The position numbers and the translations under genes were made by a program. A DNA stretch of 64,000 nucleotides from an uncultured Candidatus Saccharibacteria bacterium (GTDB taxonomy: Bacteria > Patescibacteriota > Saccharimonadia > Saccharimonadales > Saccharimonadaceae), in the NCBI GenBank assembly GCA_964619585.1, contig CAZUCO010000003.1, positions 11,304 through 75,303 on the forward strand. The letters run 5' to 3'. Every line of letters begins with the position of its first letter. The stretch's first letter is position 1. Positions 26,124-35,906 of this stretch are shown here, in pieces. The notes under the pieces are model-generated. The model had not been told where the DNA came from. It saw only the letters and a program-made list of their open reading frames with translations, and ran no database searches.

Positions 26124-27341
26124 GCGTTTTAGATCAACACCGCTGTTGACCAGACCATAGATCGGGAGCAAGATGGCACCAACGAGGCTTCCCGCTACAA
26201 CCGCCAGCACCACCATCAGCAGCGGCTCAATGGCGGTCGAGAGTGACCTAATCTCCTCGTCGAGCTCATCTTCGTAGACCTGGGCTGCTTTTCCAAGCAT
26301 TTCATCGACCTTACCTGATTGTTCACCAATGTTGATCATCTGAGGCACAAATGGCAAGATATAGTCCTCATCCTTCAGAGAGGCCGATAACGCCTTACCG
26401 CCTTTGACCTTCTCTGCTGAACTTACTATCGACTTGGCGACGACCGAGTTGTTGACTGCTTGGGCTGTGATACTGAGCATGTCAAGCATCGGTACACCGG
26501 TATTGAGCAGCGTCTCACCAGTACGAGCAAATCGTGCCATGTATAGCTTACGGAACATCTTTCCAAACAGCGGCACATTGAGCTTAAGGGTGTCTTTGGT
26601 CTTGATACCCGCCTCAGTCGCAAAGTATTGTCTACCGAAGTAAATAACCGCCACAATGACAAGTATCATCACCCACCAGAAACTAATCAAGAATCTAGCA
26701 ATCCCGACCATAATAAGCGTTGGTAGTGGCAACTGCGCCTTGAGGTTGACGTACAGATCCTCGATCTGCGGCACAACAACAAGGAGCATAAAGACAACCA
26801 CACCGACGATAACCGCCAGTACGATCGCTGGATACACCATGGCACCACGAATTTTACTGATCATAGCCGCGTCTTTTTCCTGCTGAGCTGCGATACGGCG
26901 AAGCGACTGATCGAGCGTACCTGATGACTCACCTGCTTTGACCAGAGCCAAGAATACGTTACTGAAGACATCAGGGTGCTTATTGAAGGAGTCGTAGAGC
27001 GATTTACCAGCCTCAACACTGGCAACAATTTCCTCAATAACATTCTTGAGCTTCTTGTTGGCAGTTTGGTCATGCACTGTCCTCAGGCTCTGCGTAAGCG
27101 GTAAACCAGCTCCCAGCAACGTAGCGAGCTGTCTTGTAAACACCACTTTGTCTTTTGTAGTGATGCGGCCGGTGAGCTTCGAGAGGAAGCTCTGGCTATC
27201 ATCAGCCTCCTTGATGTTATGAGGTATGAAGCCCTGCGCCAGCAACACCTTTGCAGCTGCTTGTTCGCTATCAGCTTGCACACTAGCCTTTACGATCTTG
27301 CCGCTCGACTGGTCCTTTGCCTCATAATTAAAACGTTTCAT
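26121..27341 (-). CDS. pilC: Type IV pilus platform protein (GspF family)
   Basis: 406 aa with two GspF repeats (FTRQLATLLGAGLPL and FARTGETLLNTGVPM) and three TM regions. Confidence 0.9.
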   Translation of the reverse strand: MKRFNYEAKDQSSGKIVKASVQADSEQAAAKVLLAQGFIPHNIKEADDSQSFLSKLTGRITTKDKVVFTRQLATLLGAGLPLTQSLRTVHDQTANKKLKNVIEEIVASVEAGKSLYDSFNKHPDVFSNVFLALVKAGESSGTLDQSLRRIAAQQEKDAAMISKIRGAMVYPAIVLAVIVGVVVFMLLVVVPQIEDLYVNLKAQLPLPTLIMVGIARFLISFWWVMILVIVAVIYFGRQYFATEAGIKTKDTLKLNVPLFGKMFRKLYMARFARTGETLLNTGVPMLDMLSITAQAVNNSVVAKSIVSSAEKVKGGKALSASLKDEDYILPFVPQMINIGEQSGKVDEMLGKAAQVYEDELDEEIRSLSTAIEPLLMVVLAVVAGSLVGAILLPIYGLVNSGVDLKR

Positions 27342-27351
27342 GGAGCCTGCT

Positions 27352-28422
27352 CTATCCTCTCATCAGTCGCTCAAACTCAGTTAGATCTACCGCATAGTTG
27401 CGCGCCTCGTCAAATGTGACTGTACCACTCTGCACCAAGCTAGCAAGTGTTCGATCCATCGTCTGCATACCTTGATCGGCACCGGTCTGGATCACTGCAT
27501 CAAGCTGGTGACTCTTACCTTCACGGATAATATTGCGAACTGCTGGGTTAGCGATCAATACTTCCGCTGCTACCACCCGACCACCACCGATAGCCGGTAC
27601 AAGACGCTGTGAACAGATCGCCATCAAAATATTGGCAAGCTGGGCACGGATCTGTGGTTGTTGATGCGGCGGGAACACGTCGATCATACGATCGATTGAT
27701 TGAGCAGCACTGTTGGTGTGCAGGGTTGCAAACACAAGGTGACCTGTCTCAGCAATTGTGATCGCCGCTGAGATCGTCTCAAGATCACGCATCTCACCGA
27801 TCAAGACAACGTCAGGGTCCTGACGAAGTGATGAACGAAGCGCTGCAGAGAAACTATACGTATCATAGTGAACTTCTCGTTGGACCACAACAGATTTTTT
27901 ACTCTTGTGCGTGAACTCGATAGGGTCTTCGATGGTAATGATATGATCAGCCCGCTCGGTGTTGATCTTGTCGACAAGCGCGGCAAGCGTTGTTGACTTG
28001 CCAGAACCAGTCGGACCTGTCACCAGCACCAACCCCCGTGGGTAGTCAGCAAAATTCATGACTACTTGTGGCATACCAAGTTCAGTGACACTCTTGATTT
28101 CGTTTGGAATCAAACGAAGTGCTGCAGCTAAGTTGCCGCGCTCATTAAAGGCGTTTACACGGAAACGACCGAGGTTACCAAATGCGAAACTGAAGTCAAA
28201 TTCTTTGTCCTTTGTCAAAATCTGACGCTGGTCTTCACTGAGGATGGCAAAGATAAGTGCCTCAACTTTCGCCTCATCGAGCGCATCATAACCAGCAACT
28301 GGCACGAGCGCACCATCAACACGTAGCATAGGTGGCAAACCTACCTGAAGGTGAAGGTCACTGGCATTCTTTTTCACTACTTCTTCAAGTAGTATCTCAA
28401 TTCGTAGATCCTGATTATTCAT
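27352..28422 (-). CDS. pilT: Twitching-motility retraction ATPase
   Basis: Walker A GPTGSGKSTT, the AIRNIIREGK signature (here AVRNIIREGK) and a size of about 350 aa. Confidence 0.9.
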   Translation of the reverse strand: MNNQDLRIEILLEEVVKKNASDLHLQVGLPPMLRVDGALVPVAGYDALDEAKVEALIFAILSEDQRQILTKDKEFDFSFAFGNLGRFRVNAFNERGNLAAALRLIPNEIKSVTELGMPQVVMNFADYPRGLVLVTGPTGSGKSTTLAALVDKINTERADHIITIEDPIEFTHKSKKSVVVQREVHYDTYSFSAALRSSLRQDPDVVLIGEMRDLETISAAITIAETGHLVFATLHTNSAAQSIDRMIDVFPPHQQPQIRAQLANILMAICSQRLVPAIGGGRVVAAEVLIANPAVRNIIREGKSHQLDAVIQTGADQGMQTMDRTLASLVQSGTVTFDEARNYAVDLTEFERLMRG

Positions 28423-28438
28423 AATCCCACCTTCTCCT

Positions 28439-30202
28439 TTATGCTGTATCCGCAGCTACGCGATTCACTTCCTCTAGTGTTGTCAGACCCTGCAGCGATT
28501 TCAGATATCCATCTTGGCGCATTGTGATCATTCCCTGCTCTATGGCTTTGTGCTGAATCTCAGCACTTGTTGCCCGTTTGACAATCAGATTCTGGATTTC
28601 TTCAGTCACATCCATGACCTCATAAAGCCCAGCTCGACCCGAATATCCTCGTGGCGTCTGAGGAGTATCTTTCCCCTTGACTAAAGTATAAGCGTTTTGC
28701 CCGGCAAGTGGCAAGTCTTGATAGCCCAAATCCTCTGAAATCTTTACGACATCAGCTTTTGTCTTCGGCAACAGATGGCCGACTGTCGTGGTAATATTTT
28801 GCGTTTCGATAGGAGTGGAGTTGTAGACATCTCGCTTTTTCGACACTCGACGCACCAATCGCTGACCGATAATTGTATTCACCGTGCTTGCAATTAGGAA
28901 CGGCTCGATCCCCATATCGAGCAGTCGCGGCAACACCCCTGCTGCCGAGTTGGTGTGAAGGGTTGAGAACACCAAGTGACCAGTAAGCGCCGCCTGCACA
29001 GCCAAGTTGGCCGTTTCAGCGTCACGAATCTCACCCACCATCACGACATTGGGGTCCTGACGTAGTATCGAGCGAAGCCCAGAGGCAAATGTCAGGCCAA
29101 CATCGGCATTAACCTGTATCTGGTTGACTCCTTCCATTTTGTACTCAACTGGGTCTTCGAGTGTCACAATATTGATACTCTCATCCTTGATTTCTTTGAT
29201 GAGCGCATACAGACTCGTTGACTTACCAGAACCAGTCGGACCAGACGTCAGGATCATACCGCTTGGACGGCGTATTCCCTTTTGAATAGCTCTTAGGGCA
29301 CGGCCAGCGTATCCCATCTCTTGAAGATCAAAACTGTTGCCCGTCTTGTCGAGTAGACGGATTACTACTTGCTCACCCCACACCACTGGGCTGATTGCGA
29401 TACGAAGGTCCACTTCTTTGTCGCTCACTTTGATAGCAAATTGCCCATCCTGGGGAGTACGGTGTTCATCAATCTTTAGGTTCGACAAGATCTTGATGCG
29501 GCTGACAAGCGCCGGTTCGATACTCTTTGGTAGCTGCATGATCTCTCTCAAAACACCGTCGATACGCACACGAATCTTTAGGGCTTTCTCCAGAGGTTCG
29601 ATGTGGATGTCAGACGCCCTCGTCTTGACTGCATATTCCAGAATAGTACTTAGCGCCCGTGATATCGGTGAATCCTGGACAAGTGTCTTGATGTTGCCTG
29701 ATTCTTCCCGTGTAACATCCTGTTCACTCTGTTCAGCGGCAGCATCGACAGTCGAGAAGTCAGCCTTGTACTGGTCAAGAACATGTCGAACACCCGCTTC
29801 AGAGGCCATAAGTACCTTGATTGGTCGTTGGATGCGGTTAGCCAGATAGTCGACTGCTTGCACATTGTTGGCATCGATCATCGCTACAGCGAGACGGTTC
29901 TGTATCTCTGCAAGCGGCACGGCCATGAAACGCTCCGCGATATCTTCTGGCAGTAGGTTGAGGATCTTTTCATCAATCACTGAGTTGCTCAAATTGACAT
30001 AGGGTACGCCCGATACCTGAGCAGTGGCATGAGTTGAAAGCTCTTCGTCAATCAAACCTTTTTTTGTCAGTACCGCCAGAATAGGTTGATTAGTTTTGGC
30101 AGCCTCATCAGCGGCCTCATCGATCGAAGCCTGCGCAACCAAACCTTCATCAACCAGTAGTGTCAGGATTCTGTCTTGGAGTTCTGTTGTCAGGAGAGCC
30201 AT
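28439..30202 (-). CDS. pilB: Type IV pilus assembly ATPase (GspE family)
   Basis: N-terminal GSPII_E_N domain and Walker A GPTGSGKSTS. I did not see the tetracysteine motif. Confidence 0.9.
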   Translation of the reverse strand: MALLTTELQDRILTLLVDEGLVAQASIDEAADEAAKTNQPILAVLTKKGLIDEELSTHATAQVSGVPYVNLSNSVIDEKILNLLPEDIAERFMAVPLAEIQNRLAVAMIDANNVQAVDYLANRIQRPIKVLMASEAGVRHVLDQYKADFSTVDAAAEQSEQDVTREESGNIKTLVQDSPISRALSTILEYAVKTRASDIHIEPLEKALKIRVRIDGVLREIMQLPKSIEPALVSRIKILSNLKIDEHRTPQDGQFAIKVSDKEVDLRIAISPVVWGEQVVIRLLDKTGNSFDLQEMGYAGRALRAIQKGIRRPSGMILTSGPTGSGKSTSLYALIKEIKDESINIVTLEDPVEYKMEGVNQIQVNADVGLTFASGLRSILRQDPNVVMVGEIRDAETANLAVQAALTGHLVFSTLHTNSAAGVLPRLLDMGIEPFLIASTVNTIIGQRLVRRVSKKRDVYNSTPIETQNITTTVGHLLPKTKADVVKISEDLGYQDLPLAGQNAYTLVKGKDTPQTPRGYSGRAGLYEVMDVTEEIQNLIVKRATSAEIQHKAIEQGMITMRQDGYLKSLQGLTTLEEVNRVAADTA

Positions 30203-30214
30203 ACTGTGCCTCCC

Positions 30215-30448
30215 CTATTTTTCACCCGAATTGCCACCAATTGTCACATCGACAGTAGGATTGATCGCTTGGCTATTGAATATATCCGGGTTTGGAGTAC
30301 CGATTGTCTCGTTATATCGATCAATCGTCTTGACCTTGACCGCTTCTTGTGGCGGCTTGAGGAATGGAATCGCTGATGCAACAAAGTAAGCCACCACCGC
30401 ACTAACCGAGACGATGAGGATGATCATAGCTATATCTGTTTTCTTCAT
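30215..30448 (-). CDS. Small single-pass membrane protein between pilO-like and pilB
   Basis: 77 aa with the TM helix IAMIILIVSVSAVVAYFVASAI. It overlaps the upstream gene by 4 nt. Confidence 0.4.
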   Translation of the reverse strand: MKKTDIAMIILIVSVSAVVAYFVASAIPFLKPPQEAVKVKTIDRYNETIGTPNPDIFNSQAINPTVDVTIGGNSGEK

Positions 30449-31128
30449 GGACGCTCACTTTTTTCAGTTAACTCAACCTTCTTTGCGGGGGCATACACGG
30501 TGTGACCTTCAACATCCATCGTCATCTGGTTTGACTGTCGCTCAATGGTGATACTAGTCACCATAACCGGTCGGATTGAACGCTGGAGATTTGTCAGGAC
30601 ATCCTTGAGTTTGCCTACTTGCGCACTATCTACTCGGACAGTAAACTGGAAGGCAATCTGGTTTTCGCCAACAGCTGTCTCAGAAGTAGACGCTTCGCCA
30701 CTCCCCTCTTCGGCGGCAGGTGTTACGTCACTTGACTCAATCGTTACTCCACCAACACTGAGAAGTTTCTGCTCGAGTGAGGCACCAAACGCCGCTGAGT
30801 TTGCCTGAGCTGGCAATGCATCGAGGATCACTGTTATCGGTTCCGCCCCGTCCAAGCGTGGCGTTGCGCCAAGTGCTGAGTTGGTATTAAGAACACGTGT
30901 TTCATCTTTTAGCTTATCAACAATTTCGTTGTTGTGGCGTAAGTTACTGACTGTCTCCTGTTTTCTACCAATCACTTTTTGGTTAAATACAAGCTGCTGC
31001 CAAAGCGAGTAGGAAACAACGGCCGCGACACTTACAAGTGCTGCAGCAATCGCAATCCATAGAAACATCTTTCGACCAGCGTTCTCAATCTGTTGTCGTT
31101 TTCGAAGTCCAGCGTCTTTCGTTGCCAT
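30445..31128 (-). CDS. pilO: PilO-like pilus alignment protein
   Basis: Single N-terminal TM helix, a coiled-coil and an alpha/beta C-domain. It lies directly after the pilM-pilN-like genes. Confidence 0.45.
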   Translation of the reverse strand: MATKDAGLRKRQQIENAGRKMFLWIAIAAALVSVAAVVSYSLWQQLVFNQKVIGRKQETVSNLRHNNEIVDKLKDETRVLNTNSALGATPRLDGAEPITVILDALPAQANSAAFGASLEQKLLSVGGVTIESSDVTPAAEEGSGEASTSETAVGENQIAFQFTVRVDSAQVGKLKDVLTNLQRSIRPVMVTSITIERQSNQMTMDVEGHTVYAPAKKVELTEKSERP

Positions 31129-31841
31129 TACTGTGTCCCTTCTTTCCCACCAAATAAGCTCGATGGCACGCCTGTAGCGGAGTCAGTCGCATTTTGTTTT
31201 TGTGGGGCTACGACCCGACCATTCTTGGCGTTTGCGCTGAAAAGTTCAGATGCATAGGTAAAGCTGATACTAAAGTTTAGCCCGCGCTTACCATTTACGT
31301 CTTCACCCGACTGTCGTTCGCCATCAGTGATTGATGAAGCTAGGTCGACTGACCGAGTCTCGCCATTTTCGTTGAACTCAAACTTTGTCTGAGCCAGAGT
31401 CTTCTTGAATACCTCGAGCGCTTCGTACCCATTCTCAGCTGTGGCATCTACCGTCACTGTTCCGTCTTCACTGTTCATGGCAAGCTTGTTGATCACCACA
31501 CGGTTTTTACCCGTTGGCACAACTGTACTCAAAACGTCAAAGATGCGTGAACTAATGATCTTCTCACTATGCAGTGAGTCGATCTCCGACAGTTGACTTT
31601 GGACCGTTAGCGTTTGAGGAAGATCTTTGACCTGGCTAAGCTTCTGGAATTCATCCTTGATAGCGCCGTCTGCCTGTAGCTGCAGCACTGACTGGGCACC
31701 AAAGACATACACAGCAAGTAGCACGACTACACCGCCCGCTGCAAGTGATACCAAGACAGCAATCGATGTTACTAGGGTACGCTGTTTGCGTGCCTTGAGA
31801 AGCGACAGTTTAACGTCGGGGATTAGATTAATTTCAATCAT
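31128..31841 (-). CDS. pilN: PilN-like pilus alignment protein
   Basis: MIEINLIPD is the typical PilN N-terminus that binds PilM. It is followed by a TM helix. Confidence 0.6.
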   Translation of the reverse strand: MIEINLIPDVKLSLLKARKQRTLVTSIAVLVSLAAGGVVVLLAVYVFGAQSVLQLQADGAIKDEFQKLSQVKDLPQTLTVQSQLSEIDSLHSEKIISSRIFDVLSTVVPTGKNRVVINKLAMNSEDGTVTVDATAENGYEALEVFKKTLAQTKFEFNENGETRSVDLASSITDGERQSGEDVNGKRGLNFSISFTYASELFSANAKNGRVVAPQKQNATDSATGVPSSLFGGKEGTQ

Positions 31842-32887
31842 AAGTTGTTCATCCTTTGCGCGAGACCCACAACAGTCGCAAACTCGTTGGCTATTGGCAG
31901 AAGTTGTTGCTGATCAGCCTGAGACACCCTCACTTTTTGCCATGGATTAGCTGCAGACGCCTGGATATTTGCTTTTGAACTGATGTAATCACCGAATCGT
32001 GGCACCGTGACAGCAAAACCAGATAGCAGGACACCACCCACAGGAGTGTTTGGGTAGCGGGTTTGGAAAAACTTGACGGACTTTACGAGCTCGCTCACAA
32101 AGTTCTCTAGCACGCTCTCCACCGCCCGGTAGACCTGACCCTCGAGACGATCTGGGGCAAGGCCAAATTTCAATATAAACTGGCGCGCCTGATCATCCTT
32201 GACGTTCAGGTTTTGCACTGCCGCTTTGACAAGTGCATTGAGTCCCATTGGTATTGTGCGAACAAGACGAGGTGCATCGCCATAGGTGATCGCAATATCT
32301 GTTGCCTGCTCACCCATGTCAACAATCAGTCGTGCATCAGCGATGTTGGCAGGCAGGAGCGAGCGTATCATAGCGATCGGGTCTGGCTCGACGGCAATCA
32401 CGTTGAACCCAAGTGATTCAACAAAATCAAGCTGGCCTTCAACATATTCATTCGCAGTGCTCGTCAGAAGCACCTCCTGCTGTTTAGGATCATGCAAGCT
32501 CTGGCCCAGTAGTCGCCAGTCGACCTTGGCCTCATCAACTGCCATCGGGATATATTGATCAATCTGGTACTTGATAGTGCTTCGAAGCTCAGCTTCGCTC
32601 ATAGTCGGCACATCGATGACAGTAGTAAAGGTCTTTTGTGATGGCAGCCCAAACACAACATCACGCGCCTTGACGCCGCTCTGCCCAACTGCGGTCATGA
32701 TCACCTCACCAAGTCGTTGTCGCGCCTCTGGAGAGTCAGCCGCTGTAAGCTTGCCGTCGACAGGAGCGTAGCCATAGTGTTGCAGTGTCCAGCTATCTTT
32801 GCCTGCACGTCCAAGCTGCACTACTCTAATAGCGTTGGTGCCAATATCGAGTGCGAAAAAGTCGCCCGCCCCTTTTAGTAATGCCAT
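31838..32887 (-). CDS. pilM: PilM (actin-like ATPase of the pilus alignment complex)
   Basis: FFALDIGTNAIRVVQL, VDMGEQATDI and GVLLSGFA resemble the actin/FtsA-fold phosphate motifs. I moved the start to MALLKG (32887). Confidence 0.8.
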   Translation of the reverse strand: MALLKGAGDFFALDIGTNAIRVVQLGRAGKDSWTLQHYGYAPVDGKLTAADSPEARQRLGEVIMTAVGQSGVKARDVVFGLPSQKTFTTVIDVPTMSEAELRSTIKYQIDQYIPMAVDEAKVDWRLLGQSLHDPKQQEVLLTSTANEYVEGQLDFVESLGFNVIAVEPDPIAMIRSLLPANIADARLIVDMGEQATDIAITYGDAPRLVRTIPMGLNALVKAAVQNLNVKDDQARQFILKFGLAPDRLEGQVYRAVESVLENFVSELVKSVKFFQTRYPNTPVGGVLLSGFAVTVPRFGDYISSKANIQASAANPWQKVRVSQADQQQLLPIANEFATVVGLAQRMNNL

Positions 32888-32940
32888 AATACTCCTCATT
32901 ATACATAAGCGTTTTGACAGGAGCAAGCGATTTTCACCAC

Positions 32941-35088
32941 TTAGAATCGTGGCGGCAATTCACTCACGTAGTCAGTAGTGGCGACTGGCGTGCCGCTACC
33001 ACTGCCGAACGACGATAGATGTGCATCGGGTCGCAGATTAAATACTTCTGCGGATTTGTTCATACTGTTTTTCTTCTCCTCATTAGAAGCACCGTCAAGC
33101 GTACTTCCTGCGGTTCGGAAAAGATAGATTTTTCCAGCGTACACGGGACCATTAAATCGAAGCTGCGTACCACAAACCTCTGTTGAGAGCTTTGCCCCTG
33201 GATTATTACGATCTATTTGCGAACATGTATTGATCCAACCTTCATCACTTTCCGTGCCTGTAGTTATCAGCCATGGATCAATCTGTTCAACGTTTTCACT
33301 TATATCAAAGCTCTTCGCAAAGATCCGTACTCGAGGGAGCTTTGAGATACCGGTGTAACTATTTGCATATTTCAGATCATTACTGATAGTAAATATACCG
33401 TCACACACGTAATCGTTACGTCCAGTCAAGTTTACATTGCCACTACTACAGACTGAGGTGGCACCCTGTGGCGTCGTAGGGCGATTCGTCACCACACTGC
33501 CAAAGCAGCCATAACTTGGCGATGTAGCTCCTATCGCAGCACATGAATCATTAATATTGCTAAAGGTTAGGAGATTTCTGTTCGCTAGAGTCGAGTTACT
33601 GCCTTTATTAAGTCCAGCGCCAGATGCCATTCCACTGGTTGCTATGCCGCTCTTAGTCTCGTTGTGAATAAGCCCATTAGTGAATACACCGTACTCACCC
33701 CAGCTGCCATATATACCATTAACACCGGCTTGGGTAATAACTGTCAGACTTGTCGATATAGCTAAACTGCCGCCTGGCAGACTTGCGTTGCCCACAACAC
33801 GCAGGTCACCACCCCATACCTGAACAGAGGGTTGTCTACCCGACATTGAACAAGTCATATTACTATGACGCCACCCGCTCTTTTGAGGGGTAGGGTTCCG
33901 GACAGAAGTCATATAGCAGATCACTTCACCTAAAGCTGCGTCTGGCTCATCCGAAAAGTTACCGGTATCTGCTGGCGATGCAGGGCCACTCTTGATTGCG
34001 TCGTCACATGTCACCATATCTCCAGAAGCCCGAGCGGCTGCCGTAGCATAGGTACATGGGCTACTAGAAGAATCAGTATAGGCGGCATTTTGTGCAGTGT
34101 CCTTTGGCCAGGTCTTAAATTTCAGCCGCGCGACCTCCCATGGATGGCTACCATACACATCACCCGACCCAGGGGCCTGTGTTACCCTACCTCTAGTCTG
34201 GAACTTCATCGGGTCAGTGGAGTAGCGCGGGATTGAGTTGATAGTCGGAACTAAATTATAGGGGCCAGAGTATCTCCATGAGTAGTTAACTGTCACCGTT
34301 CGACAAACACTCGTGTCTGACTGCCCAGCGCCTTGACCTGTATACCAAAAATACTGACAAATATCGCCGCTTAGACTGTCACTACCACTCGACCTGGTGC
34401 CACTATGTACCTTGCCCGTAAGACGAGGGACAGGTAGTGAACGGACTTGATCATTGTTGCTAGGGTTTCCACTCGCAGGCCGGTCTTTCTTCTGCATAAT
34501 CAACGATTTGAATATACCCGTTGTGCAGTCATGGTTATGACCTGGTATGTTACGGTGTCGTTTATCAGTTGGCGATTCTGCTGCTTTACCATTAACTGCG
34601 CACCCCAACGACGGGTTTACCTTGTCATTACTCGTACCTTTGTCGATGTACTTTACGCAGTCCCAGGCAATATTCTCAAGTACCCCACCAACATTTGTTT
34701 GTCCACCTCCATAATATCCAGCGTTTGGACAAAATTTGGGACTAAAAATAGCATAGGATTCAGTGCTCTTGTCACACTCGCGCCATTGTACATTCGTTAT
34801 AAAGTTCAGCGTGCTTTCTGGTGAGCCAATAGTGATATCAGCACCCGTGATCCAGGCTTCAAAATTTGGCTTATCGCGTCCTTTTGAACAGAGCTTACCG
34901 CTAGGACTAGTTGGTGATACACTGTCCACGCGGGCAGTTAAAGTACCTCCGTTAGATGTGATTATCGTATTAGCTTGTGCAACTTCAGTCGGCTGCGATG
35001 CCAACAGAAAAGAAAAAAAAGCCACACTAGCTGCCACGATGAGAAAAATTCGTGATAGCCAGTTTGTTTTCAGCCTTCGGATAAGCAT
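32941..35088 (-). CDS. Large secreted Cys-rich protein of unknown function, first gene of the T4P operon
   Basis: Start at MLIRRLKTNWLSRIFLIVAASVAFFSFLLASQPTEVAQA (signal peptide or anchor). 715 aa with 18 Cys by my count, rich in Ser, Gly, Thr and Asn. I recognise no family motif. The stop is 53 nt upstream of the pilM start. Confidence 0.6.
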   Translation of the reverse strand: MLIRRLKTNWLSRIFLIVAASVAFFSFLLASQPTEVAQANTIITSNGGTLTARVDSVSPTSPSGKLCSKGRDKPNFEAWITGADITIGSPESTLNFITNVQWRECDKSTESYAIFSPKFCPNAGYYGGGQTNVGGVLENIAWDCVKYIDKGTSNDKVNPSLGCAVNGKAAESPTDKRHRNIPGHNHDCTTGIFKSLIMQKKDRPASGNPSNNDQVRSLPVPRLTGKVHSGTRSSGSDSLSGDICQYFWYTGQGAGQSDTSVCRTVTVNYSWRYSGPYNLVPTINSIPRYSTDPMKFQTRGRVTQAPGSGDVYGSHPWEVARLKFKTWPKDTAQNAAYTDSSSSPCTYATAAARASGDMVTCDDAIKSGPASPADTGNFSDEPDAALGEVICYMTSVRNPTPQKSGWRHSNMTCSMSGRQPSVQVWGGDLRVVGNASLPGGSLAISTSLTVITQAGVNGIYGSWGEYGVFTNGLIHNETKSGIATSGMASGAGLNKGSNSTLANRNLLTFSNINDSCAAIGATSPSYGCFGSVVTNRPTTPQGATSVCSSGNVNLTGRNDYVCDGIFTISNDLKYANSYTGISKLPRVRIFAKSFDISENVEQIDPWLITTGTESDEGWINTCSQIDRNNPGAKLSTEVCGTQLRFNGPVYAGKIYLFRTAGSTLDGASNEEKKNSMNKSAEVFNLRPDAHLSSFGSGSGTPVATTDYVSELPPRF

Positions 35089-35150
35089 ATGTATTATATT
35101 AAACAGCAAGTGCAACGTACATGCAAACACATGTGGTGATTCCCTGAAAT

Positions 35151-35205
35151 GAAGCAACCCCACCCCCCGTGCGATGATGCACGAGAGGCGGGGTTTGGTT
35201 GCTTC
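35151..35205 (-). terminator. GC-rich hairpin (terminator-like, no U-tract) after the island-1 gene
   Basis: GAAGCAACC..CCCC.CGTGC-gatgat-GCACG..GGGG..GGTTGCTTC, 5 nt after the TGA. Confidence 0.5.
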
Positions 35206-35210
35206 CAGGC

Positions 35211-35906
35211 TCACTGCAGCCGACGGGCGGCGCAGTACGAGGTCGCTTCCCGAGCATCCCGGAGCTGCGCCCGGTACGCGACGACGTCCGACTTCGCGTG
35301 CCTCACCATGACCTTGGCGCCGTTGAGCTGGACCTTGGCCTTCCGGAGGGCGACCTTGGCCCTGCGGACCTTCTTGGCCGCGCGGTGCTTCTTGCCCTTC
35401 TTGGCCTTGCTCAGCGCCTTCTGGGCCTTGACGACGGCCCGCTTGGCCTTGTTGAACTGAGCCATGGCCTTGTTGAACTGAGCCATGGCGTTGACGAGAA
35501 GCTGCTGCTTCGTGGTGGCGTCGTCGTTGCCGCCGCCACTGGACGAGTAGTACTCCACCGTCTCAGTCCGGGGGTTGGCAGTGCCGACCCCGTAGGTGAT
35601 GGTGACGAAGTTCGTGGCCTGGTAGGCCTCGTCGGCACACAGGACGACTCCGTTGCCGTAGCCGACGACTGTCGCCGACTGGGAGCCGTAGGTCGGATCG
35701 CTGTACTTGATCTCGATCTTGGTGGTGTAGTCCCGCACGTCACTCTGGAACGTGAGCCGGTCCGACGGAGCGCTCTGCCCCATCACGTACTTGCCCGCGA
35801 CGTACTGGACGCAGCCCGGGCCACACGGAGTGGCTCGGGCAGGCACTGTGCCGTAGGTCGTCAGCCCGAAGGCCAAAGCAACCAAGAGCACGAGAAATCT
35901 CCTCAT
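35211..35906 (-). CDS. Exported protein with a Lys/Ala-rich helical C-terminal tail (high-GC, foreign-looking)
   Basis: The signal peptide is MRRFLVLLVALAFGLTTYGTVPARA. Third codon positions are almost all G/C. The SD GGAAGGA lies 6 nt before the ATG. Competing ORFs on other frames have L/R/G/V/D-rich shadow composition. Confidence 0.7.
   Translation of the reverse strand: MRRFLVLLVALAFGLTTYGTVPARATPCGPGCVQYVAGKYVMGQSAPSDRLTFQSDVRDYTTKIEIKYSDPTYGSQSATVVGYGNGVVLCADEAYQATNFVTITYGVGTANPRTETVEYYSSSGGGNDDATTKQQLLVNAMAQFNKAMAQFNKAKRAVVKAQKALSKAKKGKKHRAAKKVRRAKVALRKAKVQLNGAKVMVRHAKSDVVAYRAQLRDAREATSYCAARRLQ
35445..35486. repeat. Perfect 21-bp tandem duplication inside the island-1 gene
   Basis: GGCCTTGTTGAACTGAGCCAT occurs twice (35445-35465 and 35466-35486) and encodes AMAQFNK-AMAQFNK. 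Confidence 0.95.
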
